IMG/VR virus record: IMGVR_UViG_3300032245_001520 | Coordinates: 1-64,000 of that record | DNA length: 64,000 nucleotides | DNA from: a virus | Reading direction: 5' to 3' (one strand) | Part shown: piece after piece, positions 17,561 to 28,800 of the stretch | Position numbering within the stretch: the stretch's first letter is position 1 | Layout: each line of letters begins with the position of its first letter | Notes under the pieces: model-generated | Seen by the model: only the letters and a program-made list of their open reading frames with translations | The model's database searches: none | What the model was told of the DNA's origin: nothing | Program-made: the position numbers and the translations under genes

Positions 17561-18472
17561 TTTTGCCTCGTTTTGTTTTTCAATTGAGTCGATGATGCGG
17601 TCGATGTCGTAGAGGTTGTCAAGGTCTGACTCTTCATAAGGAAATTCCACGTCGGACCCCGGTCCGTCAAATTGGTAGTCAAAGAGGTAGGAACCGGGCA
17701 GTTTCTCCGACTCCTTCGGTTTGGCAGTAATGTTGTCGTGCATCCTGTGTCCGAAGATGACAGGAGAAGTCGCTTGCCAAAGCACCGTCGATGGTAACCC
17801 CAGAGCGCATGCCCCGTGCTGCATCGAACTGTCAATCAGCAATCGCTTGGAGGTCACTTCCAGCATGCCCATAAGCTCCGTGTTGCTTAGAGCCTCGTTG
17901 CGGCAATAAACGTCATCTAGTTTGTACCCGCCTTTGCGCGTCACCTGAATCGGAAAGTACCGATCTCTGAAGTGGTTAACAACTTTCTGCGCCACGTTTT
18001 GAGGCATGTCTCGCGCCCAGGAATACGGCTTTTCGTTGGTGTAGAGACCTCCGCCAGTCTGAATCAGCAGAATGGGCTTGTCTGCTTTGTAAAAATCTCG
18101 AATCGCTTTCTTGTGTTGCGGGTTGATCTTGATGAATGGCTGCTCTCCGTCATAGGTTAGACCGTAGAGTTTGCACCACGTTTCCACAAGCGGCAGTTCC
18201 TTGCGAATGTGGGTTCCGGCAAGGTACGGTTCGTGAATGTAAAACTCCGTGTCCTTGCCACGCACGAAATCGTCGTAGAAGTAAGCTGTCGACCCAAGCT
18301 GGTAGGCTCGATCAACAAATGGCAGATTTCCCCACAATTCCGGCCAGGCGACGACCGCAATCAACTGTCGGTCAGGGTGTGCCTTCTTAATGACTTGGGC
18401 GACGGCTGTAGCCAGAGTATTTTTCCCCAGCCCCCCTTGCACTTGAAATACTACGTACTTGTTGTCTGACAT
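17555..18472 (-). CDS. glycosyltransferase, GT9-like (GT-B fold)
   Basis: GGLGKN...TAV...IKK..P N-terminus; LLIDSSMQH.A.ALGLPSTVLW..TSP..FG motif. Confidence 0.7.
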   Translation of the reverse strand: MSDNKYVVFQVQGGLGKNTLATAVAQVIKKAHPDRQLIAVVAWPELWGNLPFVDRAYQLGSTAYFYDDFVRGKDTEFYIHEPYLAGTHIRKELPLVETWCKLYGLTYDGEQPFIKINPQHKKAIRDFYKADKPILLIQTGGGLYTNEKPYSWARDMPQNVAQKVVNHFRDRYFPIQVTRKGGYKLDDVYCRNEALSNTELMGMLEVTSKRLLIDSSMQHGACALGLPSTVLWQATSPVIFGHRMHDNITAKPKESEKLPGSYLFDYQFDGPGSDVEFPYEESDLDNLYDIDRIIDSIEKQNEAKG

Positions 18473-18493
18473 TGGTTTGAGTGCACTGAGTGT

Positions 18494-18521
18494 ATTGTAG
18501 CGGTGGTGTGACAGTGTAAAC
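18494..18521 (-). promoter_or_regulatory. sigma70-like promoter of the glycosyltransferase
   Basis: Minus strand GTTTAC-N16-TACAAT; no GGGTAAAACC motif in this gap. Confidence 0.5.
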
Positions 18522-20603
18522 TCACGCGACAGTCACAATGATCATCGATGTACTGTTAGGGGGAGCAGTGGCAAAGGTTAGGGTACTTCCCGTGAAATTG
18601 TAATGAAGACCAGGCACCTGGGGAACCCCTCCAACAAACACAAGAAGATTGTTCGCGGACGGTGAATATGGAACTCCACTAGAAGACATTCCAAACACAG
18701 TCGCAGTGCCATTGGGCGCGGGAGTCGTAGCGAGGAAGAGGAAGGAGGGGTTGCCCGCAGCACCAGGTGCGCTGAGGATACCGTCTCCGTCGACGAACAC
18801 CGTCGCGTTGTCCGGCCTCACGACGCCGACGGCAGTGGTCGTCGCTGCGGTGATGCCGAGCGTCGGCGTGGTAACAGCGCCGGTCTTTGTCAAAGGTGCT
18901 GTGACCGAGACACTTTGCACTGCGGTACCAGTGGCAGCTGCTATGAGTTGACCCTGTGCGTTAACCGTAATGTTCGCGTTGGCATAAACACCAGGAGTTA
19001 CGCCGCTGTTCGCCAACGAGATCGTGCCGGTGGACGTGATGGGTCCGCCAGTCAGACCGGTGCCGGTGGCCACAGAGGTCACAGGTGTGTCACCGCTTGC
19101 CGCTGCTGTCAGACGACCTTGGGGGTCGACGGTGAACGACCCGTATGTGTAGTCACCAGCAGCGACTGCCGTATTCGCGAGAGAGACGGTGCCGACACTA
19201 ATGATAGGACCGCCAGTCAGACCAGTGCCGGTGTTGACTCGGGTGACGGTGCCCGTGCCGGTGCTAGCGCCATCGCATATCTGCGTGATGCGACCTTGCT
19301 GATCGACTGTTACGTCTGCATTGAGATAAGTGCCAGGGATGACTGTTGTGTCAGACAGGTAGACTGTGCCAACAGTTGTGATCGGACCACCCATGAGTCC
19401 GACGCCAGTGTCGATTTGAGTGACGGTGCCGTTGACTCCACACTGCGACCGCCATCCGACCTGACCGGTGACCTTATCGAGCAGGGTGAGGACCGACCCA
19501 TTCTGGCCAGGGGCGATGCCCGGCGAGGTAGGGATTGGCCAGATGTACGAGTTGTAGGAATATGGGTTGTTGGTGCGGACCACTTGGTCAGCACTAATGA
19601 CGCCATCCGTTCCGATGCTAATGTTGGTGCCTGCCCGGACGCCACCGAGGGTCGTGGCAGTCGGAGGGAGGAGACGGATCGTGCCGCTGGTCGTGATTAG
19701 ATTGCCCGAGACCGGAGCGCCGAGTCCAGGACCCGCCTGAATGCTGGTGACGGTGCCGAGGTTGACGGACGACAACTCGCCCTGGGCAGTGATGTTGAGT
19801 CCGTTGCCGATGGAAACGGTGCCACGGGTGACTCGTGTGGCAGGGGCGACTGAGACGCCAGGGAATGTTTGGGTGGGCGAGAAGACGATGTCTCCTGCCA
19901 TCGTACCACCTGCAAGAGGCAGTTTGGTGTTGGTGACAGCAAGAGCAGCGATGACTGAGTCTGCAACCGTCTTGACTGCCTTACTCGTCGCTGCTTGTGT
20001 CGAAGAACTGCTGTCGGTGGCGTCCGAGAGAGTTGTGAGACCGAACGCACCGCCAGTCGTGGCGATCTTGTCGCGCAGGGTCAGAGGGGTGACAGCGAGA
20101 CTGCCATTGTTGCCATCGACAACCTGCTGTGATGTGGCAAGTTGGATGACACCTCGACCACCAAGAGAGGCAGAGGGGACGTCGATCTGACCAGCATTGA
20201 TCGTGAGCGACGGTCCGACACGGACGATACCCGCGATTGCGTTCGTGGCGACGTTGGCATTGAGGGTGACTGTTCCGCTGAGACCGCCACCGTTGAGTCC
20301 GGTGCCCGCGACGACCCCAGTGATGGTGCCGGTTCCGGGAGAGGCGACGGAGATGGTGCCATCGGGGGATATTTGGACATTCGCCCCCGCTTTAACTCCT
20401 CCGATTTGGCCAGCGAGAGGTGGCAGCAGACCGACAGTGCCTGTCGTTGCGATGGTGCCGCCAGACAAACCAGTGCCAAATGTGATCGAGGTGACAGTGC
20501 CGCCAGCGGTGGAGGCGACGTTGAGGTATCCTTCCTGGTCTACTGACAGTCCCGCACCCAACAGCAGGGTTCCTTGGGGCCAAGTTACGTTGAAAGCAGG
20601 CAT
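18522..20603 (-). CDS. tail fibre protein (693 aa)
   Basis: GTVT....G.GL.GGPI...GT..L repeats, G.Y....ITVD.QGR repeats, C-terminal LLVFVGGV.Q.PG domain. Confidence 0.8.
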   Translation of the reverse strand: MPAFNVTWPQGTLLLGAGLSVDQEGYLNVASTAGGTVTSITFGTGLSGGTIATTGTVGLLPPLAGQIGGVKAGANVQISPDGTISVASPGTGTITGVVAGTGLNGGGLSGTVTLNANVATNAIAGIVRVGPSLTINAGQIDVPSASLGGRGVIQLATSQQVVDGNNGSLAVTPLTLRDKIATTGGAFGLTTLSDATDSSSSTQAATSKAVKTVADSVIAALAVTNTKLPLAGGTMAGDIVFSPTQTFPGVSVAPATRVTRGTVSIGNGLNITAQGELSSVNLGTVTSIQAGPGLGAPVSGNLITTSGTIRLLPPTATTLGGVRAGTNISIGTDGVISADQVVRTNNPYSYNSYIWPIPTSPGIAPGQNGSVLTLLDKVTGQVGWRSQCGVNGTVTQIDTGVGLMGGPITTVGTVYLSDTTVIPGTYLNADVTVDQQGRITQICDGASTGTGTVTRVNTGTGLTGGPIISVGTVSLANTAVAAGDYTYGSFTVDPQGRLTAAASGDTPVTSVATGTGLTGGPITSTGTISLANSGVTPGVYANANITVNAQGQLIAAATGTAVQSVSVTAPLTKTGAVTTPTLGITAATTTAVGVVRPDNATVFVDGDGILSAPGAAGNPSFLFLATTPAPNGTATVFGMSSSGVPYSPSANNLLVFVGGVPQVPGLHYNFTGSTLTFATAPPNSTSMIIVTVA

Positions 20604-20630
20604 TTACTGAGACGGCGACCTTCTTAAAGT

Positions 20631-20640
20631 GGTTTTACCC
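20631..20640 (-). promoter_or_regulatory. GGGTAAAACC putative late promoter
   Basis: Upstream of ATG 20603. Confidence 0.7.
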
Positions 20641-20665
20641 TCGTTCTTGTGGGGAGGACCCTTTG

Positions 20666-21784
20666 TCAGATCGTTACGTCACCCCAGACTCGCGCACCTG
20701 TAACGATTGTGACATTGACAATCCTGCCGTTCTTTTCGATAGCTGACCCTCCAGCGCCGCCACGCGCAAGTACCGCGCCAGCTACAAAGTTAGAGTTTTG
20801 GCAGTTCCCCCCTGAAGCACCCCAACCACCTCCGCCAGCGGCACCCTGTTTTGTGCCTGTACCTGCGTATCCCGTGTTAGGCCCCGCGTTGTTCTGCTGT
20901 CCGCCGACACCGCCTGCATAAGCTGAACCTAGAATCACAAATTGACCACCCCACGCGCCCGCACCTGCTGAGGAGTACAGAGATCCTACGGGGTTGATTA
21001 AGTTGTCGCCAGGCAGTATCGTACCCCCCATACCGCCGGAGTACTTGCGGTTATCCGGTGTGTCTCCTTGAGGGGGACCGAAAGAAGGGGTGGGGGTAGG
21101 GATTGTTGTTACCGGGTTGGGACCTCCCCCGATGCCAAAACCTGCTCCGCCTCCTCCTCCGCCTGACGCGATGGAGACTAGACTAGTCTGCCCACTGGCA
21201 GCTCCACCTCCGCCACCTCCGCAAATGTACCCCGGTGTGCCATTGGTGACAGAGATATTTACACTGCACGGAACGTAGACGTTGGTTTCAAACCTCAACG
21301 CTGGCCCACCCCTGGCCCCGTTCCTGAAAAGAGGGTCGTTGCTCTGAGACCCGCCAGTACCCCCCTTGCCTAGGAGTGCTCCAGCCACGTCCATCACGAA
21401 AGAGTCTTTCCAGTAGGTGTTGTTGTAGGCTTGGCCTCCTGCAATTGTGAGTGCGGCGGTGGTAGTGAACCTTGAGAATATGTAGGTAGAGCGGGGCACT
21501 GTAACAACGAAGGCAGTCCGGCCACGAATAATGGCCGCGCTGTTCATATCGAACGTATAGTTGGTTGTCTGGGTTTGACTTAACAGGTTCACGGATTTTG
21601 TAAATATCCAACTTGAACCTAACCACTGAGAAGCAGAGACTGAGGCGGAGTTTTGAGCAGGGAACTCCTCAAATAGCGCTAGAGAGATGGACTCAGGGGA
21701 ACCCCAGTTGAAGTTGACGCGAGACATCCCTATTTCGTTGGCGACGTCTAGAGCGGAGATTGGGCCGGTTGAGGGAAGTGCCAT
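20666..21784 (-). CDS. glycine-rich adhesin resembling T-even gp38
   Basis: MALPSTGPIS.LDV N-terminus; G.GG.GG...GGPAL...I.GGGGGG motifs; lies just downstream of a long fibre gene. Confidence 0.6.
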   Translation of the reverse strand: MALPSTGPISALDVANEIGMSRVNFNWGSPESISLALFEEFPAQNSASVSASQWLGSSWIFTKSVNLLSQTQTTNYTFDMNSAAIIRGRTAFVVTVPRSTYIFSRFTTTAALTIAGGQAYNNTYWKDSFVMDVAGALLGKGGTGGSQSNDPLFRNGARGGPALRFETNVYVPCSVNISVTNGTPGYICGGGGGGAASGQTSLVSIASGGGGGGAGFGIGGGPNPVTTIPTPTPSFGPPQGDTPDNRKYSGGMGGTILPGDNLINPVGSLYSSAGAGAWGGQFVILGSAYAGGVGGQQNNAGPNTGYAGTGTKQGAAGGGGWGASGGNCQNSNFVAGAVLARGGAGGSAIEKNGRIVNVTIVTGARVWGDVTI

Positions 21785-21792
21785 AGCTAGGG

Positions 21793-24700
21793 TCAGGGCA
21801 GGGTGGCGAAAGCAGTGATGTTTCCACGAACTTGAAGGTCGCCTGTGTTGGTGAGACGCATCAGAACGGAAGCGTTACCAACGAGTCTGAAGTCGAGGTT
21901 TGTACCGTTTTCGCGAATCCACCAGTTGCCGAACACACCGTCAAGTTTCCAGGCGACACCTGCAGCACCTGCGGACCCGAGAACGTAACCTGCTCCGCCA
22001 TTGGAGAGGTTGCAGTCAATGATGCCAGCGCCAAACTGGACGGACTTGTCTGTGTTACCCCGAATCCAGTAGTTGGTACCGTATCCGATGGCCATCTGAC
22101 CGCTGGCAGTGGGGGAAGGTGCTTGGACGTTCGGTCCGATGAGAACGTTGTTGCTTCCGGTAGTCAGGGTGCTGCCAGCGTTAAGACCGACTGCCACGTT
22201 ACATCCGCCAGTGGTGGTAGCAAGTGCCGTTGCGCCGATGGCCACGTTACCAGCAGCTCCTGTGCTTCCGCCGCACATCGAATTGTAACCCAGGGCAACG
22301 TTGAAGTTGCCGGGGGCGCCGACGGAGAGGGCGGCGTTGCCGATCGCGACGTTACCGTTGGAGACTCCACCAGACTTCAGAGCCCCGTCCCCCAGTGCGG
22401 TGTTGTTGGAACCAGTCGTGACTTGGAATCCTGCACACTGGCCGATGAGGGTGTTGAAATTAGCGACGGTAAGGCATTGGCCGGCGAATCCCCCAAGGGC
22501 AGTGTTGACTCCATTGATCGCTGAGGCTAGGGCACAGTTGCCAACGGCCACGCTGTTGTTGAGACTTCCGCCAAGAACCGTCCCACTGAGGGCGCTGGCT
22601 CCGACCGCGACGACCCCGTTGGAAGTGGCAACACATTGCCCGGCAAGGGCGCCAACGGCGGTGTTTCTCTCTCCGTTGCTGGAGCGAAGAGTGCAGGTGC
22701 CGACCGAAGTGTTGTTCGAGACCAGAGCGCCGACGTTCTGAGCGCAGTAACCTACAGCGGTGTTGTTAAGGGAACCCGAACCACTGGAGAGGTTCTGAAG
22801 GGCGGCGAAACCAATACCCGTGTTGGATACTGAAGTAGAGTTGTTGTTCCCGGCGCACTGGCCGAGATAGGTCGGACCGCCAACGCATGTCTTGGCGAAG
22901 ACCGTTCCGGCAACGACCGGAGTAGCGGCGGAGGTGGCTACCGACCCCCAAGCTGTGCCGGTGCCTGTGCTCGTGAGTGCCTGACCTGATGTGCCGAGGT
23001 TACCAGCGGTGTCCCTCAGACCTTTGACGATCTGAACATTGAAACCGGAGTCGCCCTTGATCCAGGTGCCAGAGGTGACCCAATCGTTGGACCCGATGAC
23101 CAGTTGGAGGGATCCAGCAGCATCGTCGACTTGAGTGCAAGCACCAATGACAACGTTGCCACAACCGGTCGTGACGTTGCGTCCGGAGGCATGACCTAAG
23201 AAGGTGTTATGGCGACCAGTCGTAAGAGTGAGACCAGATTGGCAACCGACAGCAACGTTGCGACATGCCTGACCTGCACCGTTCAGAACAGGCAGAGCAC
23301 AGAAACCAACGGCAACGTTGCCGGGGTCGTTAGCGGTCATGGCAGACAGTGAGAAACCGCCGATGGCCGTGTTCCCGGAAGAAGATGTGCTAACCTGAAG
23401 AGCAGATATTCCGATGGCAACGTTGTCCGACCCCCCGACCAAGAGGTTGCCGGCACAGTACCCGTTGACAGTGTTTCGCGTGCCGGTCCGCAAGGAACTC
23501 AGAGCATTCTGGCCGATAGCCGTGTTGAGGGTGCCGGTCGTTACAGAGGCCAGGGCGCAGTTGCCAAACGCGGTGGTGCCGTTTGCCGCGTCACTCGTGC
23601 AACCAAAGACGATGCCTGCGACTGTCGGTGTGGCCGATGGGACCGACTGAGCACCGGCAGAGATGACGCCGGTCGGACTAACTGTGATGGTCGTGCCATC
23701 GACGCACACACCACCGAGGACGGTGGTCGTGGCGAAAGGAAGAACGTAGGCACCAACCCCGTTGACCCAGGTGAGACCACCCGACCCATTGCGAGAAAGG
23801 TACTGGCCAGTCGCACCAGTGTTGCCGCCGGAGTCGAGAATGGTGTTGGCGAACTGGACCGCGCCAGTCGAGTTTCCACGGATCCAGGTAACGTTGTTGG
23901 AACCGATCGCGAGTTGCTGGTTGCCCGCAGGGAGAGTGACGTTTGTTTGGGGTCCAATGATGACGTTGCACGACCCGGAAGTTAGACCGTATCCGGCACA
24001 GAAACCGACGGCGACGTTGGTTGAACCTGTCGCAGACCCCGAAACATCGCCAATAGCCAGGTAACCTAGGGTAGTGTTGTTACTTCCAACTCCCAGCCCT
24101 AGTCCGGAACAAGAACCCACAGTTGTGTTTCCGGACGAGTTTGAAGCGATCCCTGACCCGGAAGTGAACCCTAGGAAGGTGTTGTTGCATCCGCCCACGA
24201 CAGATTCACCTGCGGACTCGCCTAGGGCAGTGTTGGAGGAACCAGTGGATCTACGCAGGGCGCACATTCCGACTGCGGTGTTGCGGGTTCCTGTCACCAC
24301 GCTGCAGAGACTGTTGTAACCCACCGCAGTGTTGTTCGCGCCAGCGGCGAGACTTCCTAAGGCGTTGAATCCGACAGATGTCGCGAAGGAAGGAGCGTTG
24401 AGGGAGCACCCGTACACCAAACCGAAGTTGGTCGGAGTGGCAGGCGTAGCGACGGGAACGCTACCCCAAATGACCCCGTCTCCTGAGGATGCCAGCACTT
24501 GACCAGCGGTGCCAATAAGTCCGTTGCAGTCGATCAGACCAGCGCCGAGGGCCACGTTGCGGTTTTCATCTCCGCGAAGCCAGTAGTTGGGACCGCCTAA
24601 ATCGCTGTTTCCGATGACCAGTTCGTTGCTAACTGTAGGAGAACTGGTCTCCACACCGTATCCGATCAGAACATTACCACATCCGGCAGTGTTGTTCTGC

Positions 24701-25302
24701 CCTGCGTTTAAACCTAGAAAGATATTTCCGATCCCCTCGGTGAACGAGAGTGCAGCCTCGGAACCAATCGCAATGTTTCCTCCTGAAACGCCTACGTTAT
24801 TGCCCGACAGAGCATTGTAACCGATAGCGACGGACCGCTGCTCATCTGTCTTGCTCCCCATTGCGAGGACGCCAATGGCAACGTTGTGGTCGCCCACCAT
24901 CGGGGTGGCACCGCCACCTGAGTCAGCCCCCAGGAAGGTGTTCTCAAAGGGGCTGCCATTAGGGTCTGTATGAGCGAAAACGATGCCAGGCACGACTGTG
25001 CTGGCAAAAGGCGCTCCTGCGGGCTGCCAGTTTGCTCCGTCCCAAATAAGGGTATTTTTGGCATCGGGATTGTACCAAAGCTCGCCCAGTGCGTTGCCCG
25101 GTGACCCAGTTCCGGCAGTGTTAGGCGCATTGTCTCCAACGAAAGCAGCGCCGACTTTCTGCAGTGTGCCCGCAGCGTTCTTGAAGTACACACCGCTGTC
25201 GGCAGTGCTGTAGTTCAGTGCGAGTTCGCCGAATGACAAATCGGTGGAAAAAGGTCGTTTCCCGTTGACGGACGACTTCTTGAGAGTGATTGTGATGGCC
25301 AT
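21793..25302 (-). CDS. long tail fibre with KRSS module and N.AVG..AL repeats (1169 aa)
   Basis: LKKSSVNGKRP...GELALN N-terminus; several blocks of 14-residue N.A.G..AL repeats, each closed by LAIG....WIRG. Confidence 0.8.
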   Translation of the reverse strand: MAITITLKKSSVNGKRPFSTDLSFGELALNYSTADSGVYFKNAAGTLQKVGAAFVGDNAPNTAGTGSPGNALGELWYNPDAKNTLIWDGANWQPAGAPFASTVVPGIVFAHTDPNGSPFENTFLGADSGGGATPMVGDHNVAIGVLAMGSKTDEQRSVAIGYNALSGNNVGVSGGNIAIGSEAALSFTEGIGNIFLGLNAGQNNTAGCGNVLIGYGVETSSPTVSNELVIGNSDLGGPNYWLRGDENRNVALGAGLIDCNGLIGTAGQVLASSGDGVIWGSVPVATPATPTNFGLVYGCSLNAPSFATSVGFNALGSLAAGANNTAVGYNSLCSVVTGTRNTAVGMCALRRSTGSSNTALGESAGESVVGGCNNTFLGFTSGSGIASNSSGNTTVGSCSGLGLGVGSNNTTLGYLAIGDVSGSATGSTNVAVGFCAGYGLTSGSCNVIIGPQTNVTLPAGNQQLAIGSNNVTWIRGNSTGAVQFANTILDSGGNTGATGQYLSRNGSGGLTWVNGVGAYVLPFATTTVLGGVCVDGTTITVSPTGVISAGAQSVPSATPTVAGIVFGCTSDAANGTTAFGNCALASVTTGTLNTAIGQNALSSLRTGTRNTVNGYCAGNLLVGGSDNVAIGISALQVSTSSSGNTAIGGFSLSAMTANDPGNVAVGFCALPVLNGAGQACRNVAVGCQSGLTLTTGRHNTFLGHASGRNVTTGCGNVVIGACTQVDDAAGSLQLVIGSNDWVTSGTWIKGDSGFNVQIVKGLRDTAGNLGTSGQALTSTGTGTAWGSVATSAATPVVAGTVFAKTCVGGPTYLGQCAGNNNSTSVSNTGIGFAALQNLSSGSGSLNNTAVGYCAQNVGALVSNNTSVGTCTLRSSNGERNTAVGALAGQCVATSNGVVAVGASALSGTVLGGSLNNSVAVGNCALASAINGVNTALGGFAGQCLTVANFNTLIGQCAGFQVTTGSNNTALGDGALKSGGVSNGNVAIGNAALSVGAPGNFNVALGYNSMCGGSTGAAGNVAIGATALATTTGGCNVAVGLNAGSTLTTGSNNVLIGPNVQAPSPTASGQMAIGYGTNYWIRGNTDKSVQFGAGIIDCNLSNGGAGYVLGSAGAAGVAWKLDGVFGNWWIRENGTNLDFRLVGNASVLMRLTNTGDLQVRGNITAFATLP

Positions 25303-25340
25303 GTTCGCCTATAGAGACAGGAGGGACGTCGGGGGGACCA

Positions 25341-25802
25341 TTAAGAAATGGTGGCGGAAGAGGTTTGCACCCACTGCGTATTATACAGCACATAGAGCAA
25401 ACCCGTGGCGGTATTAAACCACATGGTGCCGTTCACATAGTTCGCAGCATTGGGTGTGGTGTCTTGGGTTAGTGCCTGCGCATACTGGGGCATGGCAAAC
25501 ACGAAATTGCTACCATCAAACACTCGCAGTTTGGGTACAGTTTCCGAAGTGTCTAACCACAACTCACCCTTGGTGTTTCCAAGGTCTCCAGGAGCACTCG
25601 CTCCGGTGTTGGGGGCAGTGGTGCCAACAGAGCACGGTCCCACCTTGAAAAGTGTCGTACCAGTGTCATCTGCGAAGAATAACCCTGGTTGTCCGGCATT
25701 GGTGTTGATCGCTCCTTGACCCGGAAGAAGTAGAGCAGCGATGGGTCGTTTATTGAGAACGCTGCTCCTTAATAGCTGAACCGGGGTGACTTGTGTTGCC
25801 AT
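25341..25802 (-). CDS. short KRSS-module protein
   Basis: LLRSSVLNKRP...PGLFF.D...KVGP...GELWLDT plus a short G.MWFNT..LYV repeat. Confidence 0.75.
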   Translation of the reverse strand: MATQVTPVQLLRSSVLNKRPIAALLLPGQGAINTNAGQPGLFFADDTGTTLFKVGPCSVGTTAPNTGASAPGDLGNTKGELWLDTSETVPKLRVFDGSNFVFAMPQYAQALTQDTTPNAANYVNGTMWFNTATGLLYVLYNTQWVQTSSATIS

Positions 25803-25853
25803 GAGTGACTAGACGTCGGGGGTAGACCCCTGTAGACCAGAGGTTGTGTAAGT

Positions 25854-25863
25854 GGTTTTACCC
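25854..25863 (-). promoter_or_regulatory. GGGTAAAACC putative late promoter
   Basis: Upstream of ATG 25802. Confidence 0.7.
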
Positions 25864-25872
25864 CGACCGTTG

Positions 25873-28800
25873 TCAATCCAGCAACCCTTCATCGATGACG
25901 TCGATACTACCGTCGCTTCTCTGCGTCACGCCATCTCCCGCCAGCAAAACATACTGAGTGACAAGACCTTCAGATTGTGTGGCAGCGCAAGCGATAAACT
26001 CGGCAGCAGTGACCACCCGGATGTTGCAAGTCGTCAGTGCCTGCGGCGGTTCTGAGAACTGAATGCCCAGGGTGCCCGTCGCAAGATTGGGAACGACTCG
26101 GTAGGAGATGGAGTTGGGATCCAGAGTGCTCGCCTTGGACGGAGTTTGCAGGACACCACCCAGGTTGACGAACAGGTTCTCCGCATTGACGATGGTCGCG
26201 TCAACTGGTTTGCCACCGATGATCAGATCAAAAGTGACCTTAACCCCATTGAACTGCGGGGAGATATCGTCTAGATTCTGCACGTAGACCGAAGTTGCCT
26301 CGCGAGACCGGTACCCTGCGCCAGACAAGATGGCGCGATAGTCGTACGAGGTGCCCAGGGCAGGCGACTCGCCCAGATAGCTGAGTTGGGTGACCTTCGT
26401 GGTCGACACGAACACCTGCTGCACCTGGTACGAGGCATCTCCCTGAAAGTCACCAGTGGGAATCTGCCCGACACCACTGAGGAATGCGAACAGATCCTTG
26501 CTCTTGAGAGTGATCTCGGTCGGAGATAATGTGAACAGCGAAGTTGTGCCATCGATCTCTGGGATAGCGGACAGAGTCACAACCTCGAGTGTCGTCTCGT
26601 TGTCCTCCGATGTGACAACACGGATGTCGCAGATGGCGCCGATCGCAGGTGGCGATGTGAATAGGATCTTCGGTTGGACCACACCGTCTTGAATCACCAG
26701 ACTGTAGGCAGTGCCAGGTTTCTGTACGACACCACCGAGGTTGACGAACAGGTTTGACCCGTTCTCGAGCAACTGGGTGGAGGGCAGGTTGTACCCTTCC
26801 CGTTTCAGGTCAAACTCAACTTTCGTCCCATCAAACTCGCTCGAGATGTTGTCGGTGGAGTACACCAGAATAGGTGCAGGGTACTGAGTCGGTGATGGGG
26901 GCAGGTAGACCAGTCGGTTGGCAGGGTTGTTGCTGGGATTCTCGTTCTGATAGAAGTTGCCAGTGACTGCCTCGCGAACGGGACCGTACAGAACGGTGGA
27001 TCCGTAGTCGTTGACACCGGCGACGACCAGGCGACCACCCCAGACGGAGGTGGCGTAGTAGTCGAACAGCAACTTGCGCGAAATGTCGTTGGTCTGATAC
27101 TTGAGGAGACCACGCGAGGGATTGTAGTATCCGCAGTACTGCCAGGTGTGAGTGTTGGACAGAACCTGAGATGGCTGGTTGAACTCAATCGGCCAGGGCG
27201 ATGTGAAGGCGGCATAGCCATTGATGGGAGACAGTCGGATGCTCTCGATAGGCAGGACTCGATCGCCCCAGTACTGGGGTTGCAGGTAGGTTTTCATCAG
27301 TTCGGCACTGTATCCCATCACCTCGAAAAATCGGTACATCGTCGACTTCGTGATGGACCAGAACGGGTCGTACACGGTCGGTTCCGGTGTGTTCGTCTCC
27401 TCGCACAGTGTGACAGTCGTGCCCTTTGGCCACTGCTCGGGTGTGAACGTTCCGTTGTCGGAGTTGAAGACGCCAGGGTTGTACTCGGGATAGTAGTTGC
27501 GGATGGCACGCACGTTGCTCGACACAACATTGACGATGCGCACATACTCGGTGGTCGCCACATCCGGGTGAGAGAGTTGGGCGACGATCAGACCCTCTTT
27601 GGGGTCGCCGATGCCTAGGACGGAGAGGACGTCGAGTTCGATGATCGCAGGGCGACCGCGAGTCGCACCGCTATCGCTGGGGAGAGACATCGCCTGATAC
27701 GTCTGAACCGTGCGCGAGACAGTCAGAGTGGCAGTGGAGACGGGAGTCAGACGTCGCTTGTAGATGATGCCGAGACCGGATGACCCATCGTCACCGTCGT
27801 ACACATTCTGAGCACCGAATTGGGTGATCGGAGGTGTGGCACCTCGCATGAATGTCAGATTCGGTTGCTGGGCGAGGTATCCGGTGTAAGTCGGGTAAAG
27901 AGTGGGTTGGACGTATCCGAGGTAGGAGTCGGTAATTGGTTCTTGTCGCAAGGTGACACTCGTTGTGACAAATGGCGAGTCGACCTTGTTCGGAGAGACC
28001 TTGGTGGGTCCGTTGAGAGTAGTGAAGTTGGTTTGGTAGTAGAGTGTGTTCCAGATGTTGTTCTCTGCCGCGAAGTAGTTGCGATTCTGATAGGTGAAGT
28101 ACGAACCGGCAGCGGAGTTGAATGCAGTCTGCCCATTGGTGTTGAACCCCAACTCGGTAAAGTTGGCAGACTGGACCCAGGGGGCACTGCCGTCGACGAG
28201 TGTGGCGTAGACGTTGTACGTCGTGCTCTGCGTGGCGTCGGCGACCTTGTTGTTGAAGTTGGCTGAGAGACCGGAGACTGTCGGTGAAGACCCGACCACC
28301 GAGAAAGTCTGAGAGACGCCACCGTTGATGCCAGGGTCAAACTGGTACCCTCGCTTGAGGGTGTTTGACAGGTTCTGACCTGTCTGGTTGAGTCGGAGGA
28401 CGGAACCGTACTGGGGTGCGAGCGATGTCGGGTTGGTCGAGGACACGAAGAACCCGTAGGACCGTTGCTCCTGCGACCGAGGGTCGATAAACCGACGAAT
28501 GTACGGAGTGTCAAAACCGGAGGTGTCGTTGGAGTACTGGTCGCCCATCGGAATGCGCGAGTCAGACAGTCGCAGACGGAGAACACCACCACCGTTGTAG
28601 GTCGGGTCGGAGAGGATGGCTGTGGGAGAACCGTCGGTGACGAAGAATCCCTGGTACGAGCAGTCAGGGTCGGCGATGTACAGAGCGCTGCCAGGGGCGA
28701 GAGAGAAGGGCAGGATGCTCTCGGGATTGAAGGGGTGGCTGAGCACCACGAGTTGAACCGAGGAGTCGGTAGGGTCTTGAACCACCCGGACCACCTTGCT

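Noticed and set aside
17549-17563. GGGTAAAACCC as an obligatory hairpin or terminator
   Set aside because: Only some copies are self-complementary, many read GGGTAAAACCA, and there is no U tract; strict orientation fits a promoter better
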